NCBI GenBank assembly: GCA_963729985.1 | Contig: CAVSPJ010000008.1 | Span: 652,705 to 716,704, forward strand | Length of the DNA: 64,000 nucleotides | From: an uncultured Gemmatimonadales bacterium | Lineage (GTDB): Bacteria > Gemmatimonadota > Gemmatimonadetes > Gemmatimonadales > GWC2-71-9 | Direction: 5' to 3' | Shown here: in pieces, positions 1-7,441 of the stretch | How positions within the stretch are numbered: position 1 is the first letter of the stretch | Layout: each line of letters starts with the position of its first letter | Translations under genes and position numbers: made by a program | The notes under the pieces: generated by a model | What the model saw: the letters and a program-made list of their open reading frames with translations, nothing else | What the model was told of the DNA's origin: nothing | Database searches by the model: none

Positions 1-2
1 TG

Positions 3-275
3 ATCGGGAATCCAGAGGACCGCCGAAAGGCCGCTCAGACGTACATTGAATCGGTTGGTGGCAAGCTCCATGGGTTCTGGTACGCTTTCGGAACACACGA
101 CGGATACAACCTCTGGGAGGCCCCCGACAACATGTCCATGGCCGCGGTGGCGCTTGCGATTAGTGGCGGTGGTGCGCTTAGCTCCTTCGAAACGACAGTC
201 CTCTTGACCGTCGACGAAGCGATAGCCGCCCTGCGTAAGGCCGAGAAAGTCCGCTACCAGGCGCCGGGCGCGTAG
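3..275 (+). CDS. GYD-domain protein, 5'-truncated by the window edge
   Basis: Open frame 3 to TAG at 273-275. Translation ...GKLHGFWYAFGTHDGYNLWEAPDNMSMAAVALAISGGGAL... matches the GYD family pattern. Confidence 0.65.
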   Translation: MGNPEDRRKAAQTYIESVGGKLHGFWYAFGTHDGYNLWEAPDNMSMAAVALAISGGGALSSFETTVLLTVDEAIAALRKAEKVRYQAPGA

Positions 276-292
276 CGCCTCACTCGGGTGCG

Positions 293-411
293 GCTTAACC
301 CGCGCATGCAGCCGACGGGCTGCATTTGCGCGCAGCTCCGCTTGGCCACGGCGCGCCTGGAGCGCGCTGTACCGGCTTGAGGGCCTGCAGCTGATGCGCT
401 AGTCGTTCGGC
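293..411 (+). repeat. attC site
   Basis: R'' GCTTAAC (293-299) and R' GTTCGGC (405-411). Conserved arms CCGCGCATGCAGCCG and CTGCAGCTGATGCGC. Confidence 0.75.
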
Positions 412-460
412 AGCGACAGGCTCGCTTAGTCTCGTCAGCAATTCGGAGAGGGCAAGATTC

Positions 461-847
461 ATGGACCTAAGTGTGCGGGATTACCTGAGGCAGGCCAAGG
501 ATCACACGATCCCACCGCTCGTGCTCGAGTTGATCCTGCGCTCGGGGAAGTCGTTCTACATCAAGAACGTCCTTGCCATCGATGAGAAGGCTGGGATGGT
601 GCCATTGCGCGTGTGGGATGTGCGAGCCCTCACCCAAGCAGACCTGGAAACCGTGCTGCGGCGCCTGAGTGCGGTCCAGTCCCGTGATGAGTTGGAGAAT
701 ATTGAGCGGCTGCACCCGAAGCTGGATCAGGGGAACCTCTGGGTCGTGCTCTCGGAGATCGAGGCCATCGTGGAATGGCACAGCGCTCTCTGGTCGGCGG
801 TCGACAGTCCGGAAGGTCGCCACGTCATCCTGGGATTCAACGCCTGA
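461..847 (+). CDS. hypothetical protein (cassette ORF)
   Basis: 128-aa ORF with ATG 50 nt after the attC core. No family recognised. Confidence 0.6.
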   Translation: MDLSVRDYLRQAKDHTIPPLVLELILRSGKSFYIKNVLAIDEKAGMVPLRVWDVRALTQADLETVLRRLSAVQSRDELENIERLHPKLDQGNLWVVLSEIEAIVEWHSALWSAVDSPEGRHVILGFNA

Positions 848-867
848 GTCGGGTGCCCAACGCCGCT

Positions 868-1008
868 GCCTAACCCGCGCCATACAGCCGACAGACCGGA
901 GGGTGCGGGCCTCCACCCCGGGCCGTGGGCCCATTGGGTGCGCTGTTGGACGTAGGTTTGTGTTGACGCGGCCTCGATCGCCTGCAGCTGATGCGCCAAT
1001 CGTTAGGC
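868..1008 (+). repeat. attC site
   Basis: R'' GCCTAAC (868-874) and R' GTTAGGC (1002-1008) are perfect inverse cores. The arms are complementary except for two extra bases in the left arm. Confidence 0.85.
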
Positions 1009-1044
1009 GGACAGGCCACGAGCTACCTTGGCGGAGGACACCGA

Positions 1045-1425
1045 GTGCGGAGCTTCGTTGCTATAGTTGTCGGCGCAGGGGTCGCTGCAGGGCTTTACCA
1101 ATTGGGTGCCATCGTCGCCTTGCTCGCCACGATCGGGCTCCCCCTAGGGGCACCTGGGGGCGAGCCCCCTGCCGCGTACTACGTACTCAACTTGGGGCTC
1201 GCCGCACTCGCCGCGGCACTGGGCGGAGCGGTTTGCGCCTGGGTGGCGCGCGGGGCCCGTCACCGGGTGGTCCCCCTCCTTGCAATCCTGTTGGCGGGCG
1301 CGGCGGTGTGGGGCTTCTCTCAACCCGCCTCCCAGTGGCCGCGCTGGTATCCGCTCGCGTTGGCCCTAGTCGGGGCAGGGGGGACCCTTGTGGGAGGTCG
1401 GCTCTGGCCCACACGTGCCGCCTGA
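1045..1425 (+). CDS. small integral membrane protein (cassette ORF)
   Basis: GTG at 1045 is preceded by GGAGGA (1033-1038). Hydrophobic Gly/Ala/Leu-rich product. The track ATG at 991 lies inside the attC. Stop TGA sits inside the GCCTGAC core. Confidence 0.6.
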   Translation: MRSFVAIVVGAGVAAGLYQLGAIVALLATIGLPLGAPGGEPPAAYYVLNLGLAALAAALGGAVCAWVARGARHRVVPLLAILLAGAAVWGFSQPASQWPRWYPLALALVGAGGTLVGGRLWPTRAA

Positions 1426-1564
1426 CCCGCGCATGCAGCCGCCAGGCCGGACGGGGCGCCGGACCTCCGCCCGGGCGGCACCCGCGGATGCAGCCGTGCG
1501 GGGAAGCCTAGGTTCGTGTGGGCGTGAGATTGGCGGCCTGCAGCTGATTCCCAAGCCGTTATGC
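1420..1564 (+). repeat. attC site
   Basis: R'' GCCTGAC (1420-1426) and R' GTTATGC (1558-1564), with the same conserved arms as 293-411. Confidence 0.8.
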
Positions 1565-1894
1565 AGCCGCACCGAAGTTCGCATTTGCCCGACGCTCCGA
1601 GACATGCACTCTGAGTCCTTCGTAGGCGTGGCGCGCTACGGCTGGCGAGGGCGCGAGCGAGAAGCCGTCAGGCACTTTGTCTTCAGCTACCTCGTACCAC
1701 GATGCCGGCCGTGGAGCGCCCCACAGAAGCGGGCGGATTGGAATCGAAGTCGCCGTACCCGGTGTGCCTGACCTCAATCCGAAGCCATAGGGTCGCAAGG
1801 GCGTCGTGCTCCGGGGTTCCGCGGGGGAGACCTGCTGGGATTCCACGGGAAAGCCGACCCGAGTGCGCCGGGTCTTCTTGAGTGGAAGTGTCAC
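1559..1894 (-). CDS. hypothetical protein (uncertain)
   Basis: 111-aa ORF downstream of the PNPOx-like gene on the same strand. Its TAA stop is the reverse complement of the GTTATGC core. GC3 is only moderate and no family was recognised. Confidence 0.3.
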   Translation of the reverse strand: MTLPLKKTRRTRVGFPVESQQVSPAEPRSTTPLRPYGFGLRSGTPGTATSIPIRPLLWGAPRPASWYEVAEDKVPDGFSLAPSPAVARHAYEGLRVHVSERRANANFGAAA

Positions 1895-2018
1895 CCAAGC
1901 TCACGTCAGCTGGAAATTAGGGGCAGGACGTGGAGTGGTTGAGGACGTTTACGGCTCGGTGGCGGAGCCAGGCTCCGCCCCCCGCCTCCCGCCGATGGCG
2001 GACAGCGGAACGTGCCGC

Positions 2019-2681
2019 TCAGGCCTCCGGGTCGCCGCTGGCGAGCTTGTCGAACCACGCCTCGATCGGTATCTCGCCCCCGCTGTGAGCCGCCCGGCCC
2101 TGGTCGGCGCGGGGCAGGTCCTCCTGCACCAGGTCGATCCGCTTCCAGCCGGCGAAGGGCGTCTCGACGGCCGGGCGCGGGACATATCGCGACGAGGCGA
2201 CCCGCTTGTAACGGTGGATGTAGCGGGGACAGTTGATGAAGAGATGCGTCACGGCGACCCGCACCACCAGCTGCGCCTCATGCCAGGTGCCGAGCAGCGG
2301 ATCGTTGGCATCGATCGTCGCGCTGCCCTGCACCCTGAGCCGGAACGGCTTCTCGAGGTCCATGAACAGCATCCCGACATTCGCCTGACCGGCGATGTTG
2401 CCCATCGAATAGAACATCCCGTTCCCGTCATAGGACGGAAATGCGAGCGTCGTGGCATCGAGTACCCGTACGAACCCCGGGTCGCCGCCCTTGTAGGAGA
2501 CCGTCGGGCGTCCCTCGTGGTCCAGGCTCGCGAGCCAGAAGAGATCCTGGCTCTCGATGAAGATGCGGTCAAGGTCGGTGATCTCGGTGTGCTGCCCGAT
2601 GGCGGCGAGCTTGTCGGCGATGCGCCGGGTATCGAACTGATCCTGCAGTGCCCGGTGCTCGGGACCGTAGAGGCTGGTCAT
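2019..2681 (-). CDS. pyridoxamine 5'-phosphate oxidase family (FMN-binding split-barrel) protein
   Basis: 220 aa containing ...FWLASLDHEGRPTVSYKGGDPGFVRVLD...FPSYDGNGMFYSMGN..., typical of the PNPOx-like family. Confidence 0.7.
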   Translation of the reverse strand: MTSLYGPEHRALQDQFDTRRIADKLAAIGQHTEITDLDRIFIESQDLFWLASLDHEGRPTVSYKGGDPGFVRVLDATTLAFPSYDGNGMFYSMGNIAGQANVGMLFMDLEKPFRLRVQGSATIDANDPLLGTWHEAQLVVRVAVTHLFINCPRYIHRYKRVASSRYVPRPAVETPFAGWKRIDLVQEDLPRADQGRAAHSGGEIPIEAWFDKLASGDPEA

Positions 2682-2715
2682 CGATGTGATATGTCCTCGC
2701 GAAATGAGGGGTGGC

Positions 2716-2809
2716 GCTTAACGCCCGGCAAGATCCTCACCAAGGTCCTGAGGCGCGGCAGCGCGGGCATCGCGTCTCATGATACTCATCCCACATGAAT
2801 TTGTTAGGC
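2716..2809. repeat. attC-like site, orientation ambiguous
   Basis: GCTTAAC (2716-2722) and GTTAGGCGGAC (2803-2813). It lacks the family-conserved arms and reads equally well on the - strand (GCCTAAC...GTTAAGC). Confidence 0.5.
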
Positions 2810-2941
2810 GGACGGACCGGAGGTTCCGAGCTACCCGATGAGGCCTGCCCCGTGATCGCCCAGTTAACCATCCTGCCGTTGGGCTGCACCAACAGGCGCG
2901 CTGAGCGTCGGCGTATCCGTGCCGGATCCGAGCGGAGCCGC

Positions 2942-3511
2942 TCACCGGCCCATGCTGTCCGGGGCCGTCACCAGGCTGTCAGCGTACCCCGGCGTCGAGT
3001 CTGACCGGGGGGGTGTCGAATCCGTGGGTGGCACCGTTCTTTTCCATGGTGGCTCGAGGCCGACTCCCGAATCCGCGGCCGGAATGATGTACCGAGGATC
3101 CAGCTTGGTGTCCACCGGAATCTGCAGCAGGAAGAACAGGGCGATCAACTCCTCTCGCGCACCGGGGTCTGAGCGGGCCAGTGCCGTGATGATGCGGTCG
3201 CGTGCGCCGAGCACAGTGGCGTAGTTCTCGGGAAGCGAGCCACGCTCGATCCCGTAATTCCGGATTCCGTCGAACACTCCGGACACCACGCTGCGGGCGC
3301 TGTCGTAATTGCCGTACTCCGCCTCGATGGCGGCGATCCCCAGGCGGCTGGTCAGAACCTGGAGCTTCAGGGCGCTTTGGGTCTGCTGGAGGGTCCGGTC
3401 GTTCGACCGCATCCGAACGTACAGCCAGGTGCCAGCCGCGAGGGCGATGACGAGCACGAGAAGCGCCAGCATCATTCTTCCCCTTCCGCTGGGTGCCGGT
3501 GCTGTCTCCAT
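2942..3511 (-). CDS. hypothetical membrane-anchored protein
   Basis: Start METAPAPS is preceded by GAGGAA, followed by the TM segment MMLALLVLVIALAAGTWLY. The track start at 3646 is probably too long. Confidence 0.5.
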   Translation of the reverse strand: METAPAPSGRGRMMLALLVLVIALAAGTWLYVRMRSNDRTLQQTQSALKLQVLTSRLGIAAIEAEYGNYDSARSVVSGVFDGIRNYGIERGSLPENYATVLGARDRIITALARSDPGAREELIALFFLLQIPVDTKLDPRYIIPAADSGVGLEPPWKRTVPPTDSTPPRSDSTPGYADSLVTAPDSMGR

Positions 3512-3676
3512 GGGTGTTCCTCGGAGTGTTGAGGGAAGCTCGGGCCGAAACGCCTGGTGGCGGTGCCTCGTCCGGGGGAATCTACTGCTCGATGCGCGCA
3601 TCGCGCGAGCGCTGATGGCGTCAGCGGGGCCGGCCGCCCATTCCATGCCACCAGATGAGGCGGGAGGCAGTTGAGC

Positions 3677-4174
3677 ATGAACGATTCCTCACGAGCGGAC
3701 GCACACTGGGGGGCCCTTGCCCTCCTGCTGGGTGGCACCGGAGCCGCAGCGCTCACCGGCGCGATTGCATCGGCTCGAGCCGGTGAGTTCTACCAACAGC
3801 TCTCAAGGCCAACCTGGGCTCCGCCAGCTCAAGTCTTCGGCCCGGTTTGGAGCGTACTCTATGTGCTCATGGCGGCCGCGGCGTGGCTCGTGGTCCGCGA
3901 GTGGGGATGGCCTCGGGCTCGCCCAGCCATCGCGCTGTACGGGCTGCAGTTGGTGCTCAACGCGCTCTGGACGTGGCTCTTCTTTCGATGGCGCCTAGGG
4001 TGGGCTGCATTTGTGGAGATCCTCGCCCTCTGGACGCTTCTACTGCTCACTGTCTGGACGTTCTGGCGCGTGCGACGCCTGGCGGGCGGTCTCCTGCTGC
4101 CGTATCTGGCTTGGGTGACCTTGGCGGCAGCATTGACCTATGCCGTCTGGCGTCAGAATCCAGGCGTGCTGTAG
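3677..4174 (+). CDS. tspO: TspO/MBR family tryptophan-rich sensory protein
   Basis: ...FYQQLSRPTWAPPAQVFGPVWSVLYVLMAAAAW...LNALWTWLFF...LLLPYLAWVTLAAALTYAVW. GGGAGG lies 9 nt upstream of the ATG. Confidence 0.85.
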   Translation: MNDSSRADAHWGALALLLGGTGAAALTGAIASARAGEFYQQLSRPTWAPPAQVFGPVWSVLYVLMAAAAWLVVREWGWPRARPAIALYGLQLVLNALWTWLFFRWRLGWAAFVEILALWTLLLLTVWTFWRVRRLAGGLLLPYLAWVTLAAALTYAVWRQNPGVL

Positions 4175-4237
4175 TAGAACGTAGGTTTGTGCGCGGGCCG
4201 GCTTGAGGGCCCGCAGCTGAGTTGCAAGACGTTAGGC
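4174..4237 (+). repeat. short attC site
   Basis: GTAGAAC (4174-4180) ... GGGCCCGCAGCTGAG ... GTTAGGC (4231-4237). The AACGT/ACGTT ends pair. 64 bp. Confidence 0.6.
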
Positions 4238-4308
4238 CGACGCAAACCCACTCATTGTGAGCGGACATAAACTGTGGGGCATTCCTGGCTGTACCACTGG
4301 CCCTGGCG

Positions 4309-4503
4309 ATGACGCGCCACCGGCGAGAGGTGGCCGGGGACCAGGGGCGGCAGGCGAAGACTCGGTTGATCCTCCTGGGCACCGGTGGCGGCCCCCGACC
4401 GCGAGCGTCCACCTCGGCGCCGGCCCAAGTGATTGTCATCGGGCACGCGGCCTATGTGGTGGATTGTGGTAAGTGTGAGGCCACGCCTCGGCGCGCGGCC
4501 TAA
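4309..4503 (+). pseudogene. N-terminal fragment of a metallo-beta-lactamase-fold hydrolase
   Basis: ...TRLILLGTGGGPRPRASTSAPAQVIVIGHAAYVVDCG is the MBL-fold N-terminus, but the ORF stops after 64 aa at the TAA inside GCCTAAC. Confidence 0.55.
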
Positions 4504-4682
4504 CCCGCTTCTGATGTGCATGTCGTCAGGCGGACGCCGACCGGCGGTTACTCGGGGCCGACAGGCCTGGGTGGGCCGGCGTTCCGTTCGGGCGCGCTAT
4601 TCCGAGAGGCTGCAGCGTGGAAAGCGTTGATTGACGCTGGCGCGAACAGGATCGCCTGCGGCTGATTGGCAAGTCGTTCGGC
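4498..4682 (+). repeat. attC site, unusually long and possibly composite
   Basis: R'' GCCTAAC (4498-4504) and R' GTTCGGC (4676-4682). A core-like GTCAGGCGGAC lies about 35 bp in. Confidence 0.6.
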
Positions 4683-4707
4683 AGCAACGTCCATAGCGAG
4701 CTAGGTC

Positions 4708-5217
4708 ATGAGCATTGAAGCAGATGACATCCTTGGTGCAATTGCCGTTGGTATTGGCGCAACTCTGGTGATGGATCTTTGGAATCTGTTCCTCAAGCGT
4801 GCGTTCAGCATTCCATCGCTCAACTACTGTTTGCTCGGACGCTGGCTTCGCCACATGCCGGGAGGTACTCTTAGGCATGCGAGTATCACCGCGGCGCCAC
4901 AGAAACCGCTTGAGTGCACGGTCGGCTGGATTGCCCACTACACCATTGGTGTCGTGTTCGCGCTTGTGTTCGTCGTGCTCACCTCAGGTGACTGGCTTGC
5001 GCGACCAACTGTGCTGCCCGCGCTGCTCTACGGCCTTGGGACCGTAGTGTTCCCGTTCTTCATCATGCAGCCGTCGTTCGGCTTCGGCATTGCTGCCTCA
5101 AGAACTCCAAATCCAACGCAGGCCAGGCTGAAGAGCCTTGCGACACACTGTGTGTTCGGAGTTGGGCTGTATGTATCGGCAGTTGGGGTGAGCTACGTGC
5201 TGCGGGTTCATGCCTAA
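4708..5217 (+). CDS. DUF2938-like integral membrane protein
   Basis: 169 aa with 4-5 TM segments and ...ATLVMDLWNLFLKR...LGRWLRHM... Stop TAA lies inside GCCTAAC. Confidence 0.6.
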   Translation: MSIEADDILGAIAVGIGATLVMDLWNLFLKRAFSIPSLNYCLLGRWLRHMPGGTLRHASITAAPQKPLECTVGWIAHYTIGVVFALVFVVLTSGDWLARPTVLPALLYGLGTVVFPFFIMQPSFGFGIAASRTPNPTQARLKSLATHCVFGVGLYVSAVGVSYVLRVHA

Positions 5218-5356
5218 CTGCGGCGCCTCTGCACGCGCTGCTCGGCGCGGGTTGCTGCCTCCCCCGCAAAATGCCGCCGACAGGCCGTGGTGGGCCGGCG
5301 CTCCTCACGGGCGCAGGGTTCCCGATGGCCTACAGCTGATTCGCATTGCGGTAGGC
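5212..5356 (+). repeat. attC site
   Basis: R'' GCCTAAC (5212-5218) and R' variant GGTAGGC (5350-5356). Right arm CTACAGCTGATTCGC. Confidence 0.7.
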
Positions 5357-5408
5357 AGACGCCGGCCACCGCTGTACCCTTAGGAGATCTCCTCGACGGA
5401 GTCTCCCC

Positions 5409-5939
5409 GTGATCTGGTTTGATAGTTGGAACAGCGTGGGCCGAGTCGCCGTGACCGCAGTGATGGCCTACGCGGCCTTGCTCTTGTTTCTCCGGCTCTC
5501 CGGAAAGCGTACCCTGTCCAAGTTGAACGCATTCGACCTGGTCGTAACGGTTGCCCTTGGTTCCACCCTCGCGACCGTGATTCTCTCGAAGGACATTGCG
5601 TTGGTGGATGGGCTGCTCGCGCTGGCCTTGCTGATCGGCCTGCAATATGCCGTGGCCTGGCTCAGCGTGCGGGCGACGGCCTTTCACAGACTGGTCAAGA
5701 ACGAGCCGACCTTTCTCTTCTACGAGGGCACCTTCCTCGACGTTGCCTTGCGCCGTGCGCGGATAACACCCGACGAGGTTCTGGCCGCGATCCGTGGCCA
5801 GGGCGTCGAGGGCTTGGGCGACGTTCGCGCGGTCGTGCTCGAGACGGATGGTACGCTCAGTGTGGTCCGTGCTCGTGGGGCGCGTCCACTCGACTCGGCC
5901 TTGTCTTCGGTGGCGGAGCCCTCGGAGAACCTTGCCTGA
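5409..5939 (+). CDS. DUF421 (YetF-like) membrane protein
   Basis: ...LFLRLSGKRTLSKLNAFDLVVTVALGSTLATVIL... GTG start. Stop TGA lies inside GCCTGAC. Confidence 0.75.
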   Translation: MIWFDSWNSVGRVAVTAVMAYAALLLFLRLSGKRTLSKLNAFDLVVTVALGSTLATVILSKDIALVDGLLALALLIGLQYAVAWLSVRATAFHRLVKNEPTFLFYEGTFLDVALRRARITPDEVLAAIRGQGVEGLGDVRAVVLETDGTLSVVRARGARPLDSALSSVAEPSENLA

Positions 5940-6024
5940 CCCGCGCATGCAGCCGAGAGGCCGGACTGGCGCCTGGCTCCCAGCGGGCGGAACCCTGCGA
6001 CTGGAGCTGCACAGACGCTTGCTG
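5934..6024 (+). repeat. attC site with degenerate right end
   Basis: R'' GCCTGAC plus the conserved left arm CCGCGCATGCAGCCG. The right arm CTGGAGCTGCACAGACGCTTGCT lacks a proper GTTRRRY. Confidence 0.5.
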
Positions 6025-6197
6025 GGGGCGGGCTCGCCGTCGATGTCAACGAGCAGAACGAGGCGGCGCTGGGTTTCTACAGAACGCTCGGGTTCTCAGT
6101 GACGGGTCGGTCGCCAACAGATGCCGGCGGCCGACCGTTCCCCATCCTCCACATGGAACGCGCAGCGCTCAGCGCGCCGATGAAACGTCTCAGGTGA
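6024..6197 (+). pseudogene. C-terminal fragment of a GNAT acetyltransferase
   Basis: Frame-3 translation ...GGGLAVDVNEQNEAALGFYRTLGFSVTGRSPTDAGGRPFPILHMERAA... has no N-terminal half and no start codon. Confidence 0.6.
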
Positions 6198-6238
6198 TGG
6201 GCCAACGGTCGGCGGCTAGCAGTTACAGAGGGGAAACG

Positions 6239-6784
6239 ATGGAGCGCAGACCGTCCAAAGCTGAGATCGCGGCGGCGGTCGGCACTACGATTCCGGATCT
6301 GATCAGCCCCGGACTCGCGGTGCTCTTCTGCGGGATCAATCCCGGTCTCTACTCTGGCGCCACCGGCCATCATTTCGCTCGACCGGGGAATCGTTTCTGG
6401 CCGACACTTCGCGCGGCGGGCCTCACGGACCGCCTCGTGCGCCCGTGGGAAGAGCATCGCCTCCTGGAGTACCGGCTGGGCATCACCAATCTCGTTGCCC
6501 GTGCGACGGCAACGGCCGCGGAGCTTGAGCCAGACGAACTGCGGGCCGCGCGTACCAGGCTTGAACGGAAGGTCCGTCGCTACCGCCCCAGAGCGGTGGC
6601 CGTGCTCGGGATTGGCGCCTACCGGCTGGCGTTTGGCAGTCCTAGAGCTGCCTTCGGTCGCCAGGAGATGTTGCTCGCTCGGGCCGCCCTCTGGGTATTG
6701 CCCAACCCGAGCGGTCTGAATGCGAATTACCAGCTCCCCGACCTGGCGCTGGCCTTCGGCGAGCTCCGGGATGTTGTTCGTTAG
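6239..6784 (+). CDS. mug: G/U mismatch-specific DNA glycosylase (Mug/TDG, UDG family 2)
   Basis: ...LFCGINPGLYSGATGHHFARPGNRFWPTL...GITNLVARAT...LPNPSGLN. AGAGGGGA is the SD upstream of ATG 6239. Confidence 0.85.
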   Translation: MERRPSKAEIAAAVGTTIPDLISPGLAVLFCGINPGLYSGATGHHFARPGNRFWPTLRAAGLTDRLVRPWEEHRLLEYRLGITNLVARATATAAELEPDELRAARTRLERKVRRYRPRAVAVLGIGAYRLAFGSPRAAFGRQEMLLARAALWVLPNPSGLNANYQLPDLALAFGELRDVVR

Positions 6785-6882
6785 GCAGCCGGCCCGAGCC
6801 TCACTACTGGGGTGCCTTGGGCGAACGAATCGCCTCCTCGCCATCATGAAGGCCGCCGCGCCGAAGCCGAGGCCTTAGGCAC
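6780..6882 (+). repeat. atypical attC-like junction
   Basis: GTTAGGC (6780-6786, containing the mug stop TAG) and CTTAGGC (6876-6882) are in direct orientation. No RYYYAAC was recognised. Confidence 0.3.
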
Positions 6883-6902
6883 CCGCCAGGGAGATTGCAA
6901 CG

Positions 6903-7355
6903 ATGCCGGCATCGCGACTGCAACCCCCGAGCGTGTTGGAGAGCTCACTGTATTGCCCCGACCTGGACACGGCGGAGCACTTCTACCGCGATGTGTTCGG
7001 CCTCGAGGTAGTCGCCAGGCAACCCGGCCGCCACGTGTTCCTTCGCTGTGGCGAGGGGATGGTCCTCCTCTTCAACCCGGATGCGACGGCCGACCCGGCC
7101 GCGCCGACCGGCGGGCCACCGATGGCGCCTCATGGGGCCCGGGGTCCAGGCCATCTCGCGTTCCGGCTGCCTGAGCGGGACATCGAGCGGTGGCGGGCGC
7201 ACCTGACCGCCGCGGGGGTGTCGATTGAAGCGGAGGTGCACTGGCCCCAAGGGGGGTACTCGCTCTATCTGCGAGACCCGGCGGGAAACAGCATCGAGTT
7301 GGCGACCGCGGCACTTTGGGGGTTCGCCGAGTCCACGATGCTCGGGGGTGCCTGA
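6903..7355 (+). CDS. VOC (glyoxalase/bleomycin-resistance/dioxygenase) family protein
   Basis: ...LYCPDLDTAEHFYRDVFGLEVV...GHLAFRLPE...YLRDPAGNSIELA. Stop TGA lies inside GCCTGAC. Confidence 0.75.
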   Translation: MPASRLQPPSVLESSLYCPDLDTAEHFYRDVFGLEVVARQPGRHVFLRCGEGMVLLFNPDATADPAAPTGGPPMAPHGARGPGHLAFRLPERDIERWRAHLTAAGVSIEAEVHWPQGGYSLYLRDPAGNSIELATAALWGFAESTMLGGA

Positions 7356-7425
7356 CCCGCGCGTGCCGCCGACAGGCCGGAAGGGCGGGCCTTCGCGAGG
7401 ACGCCGGGCGCCACCCAGGTTCTTC
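7350..7425 (+). repeat. attC site (weak right core)
   Basis: R'' GCCTGAC plus CCGCGCGTGCCGCCGACAGGCCGG. Candidate R' is GTTCTTC (7419-7425). Confidence 0.5.
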
Positions 7426-7441
7426 AACAGAACGAACTGTC

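Noticed and set aside
2863-2890. AGTTAAC...GTTGGGC pair resembling attC cores
   Set aside because: The pair is only ~28 bp apart, far below the minimum attC length, with no stem between the cores. It is probably coincidental.
5426-6784. 452-aa + strand ORF, the longest in the first 10 kb
   Set aside because: It is chimeric. Only its last 181 codons (from ATG 6239, with an SD) are the Mug glycosylase. The upstream part is read-through across a DUF421 gene in another frame, an attC and a GNAT fragment, and has Arg/Gly/Ala-rich junk composition.
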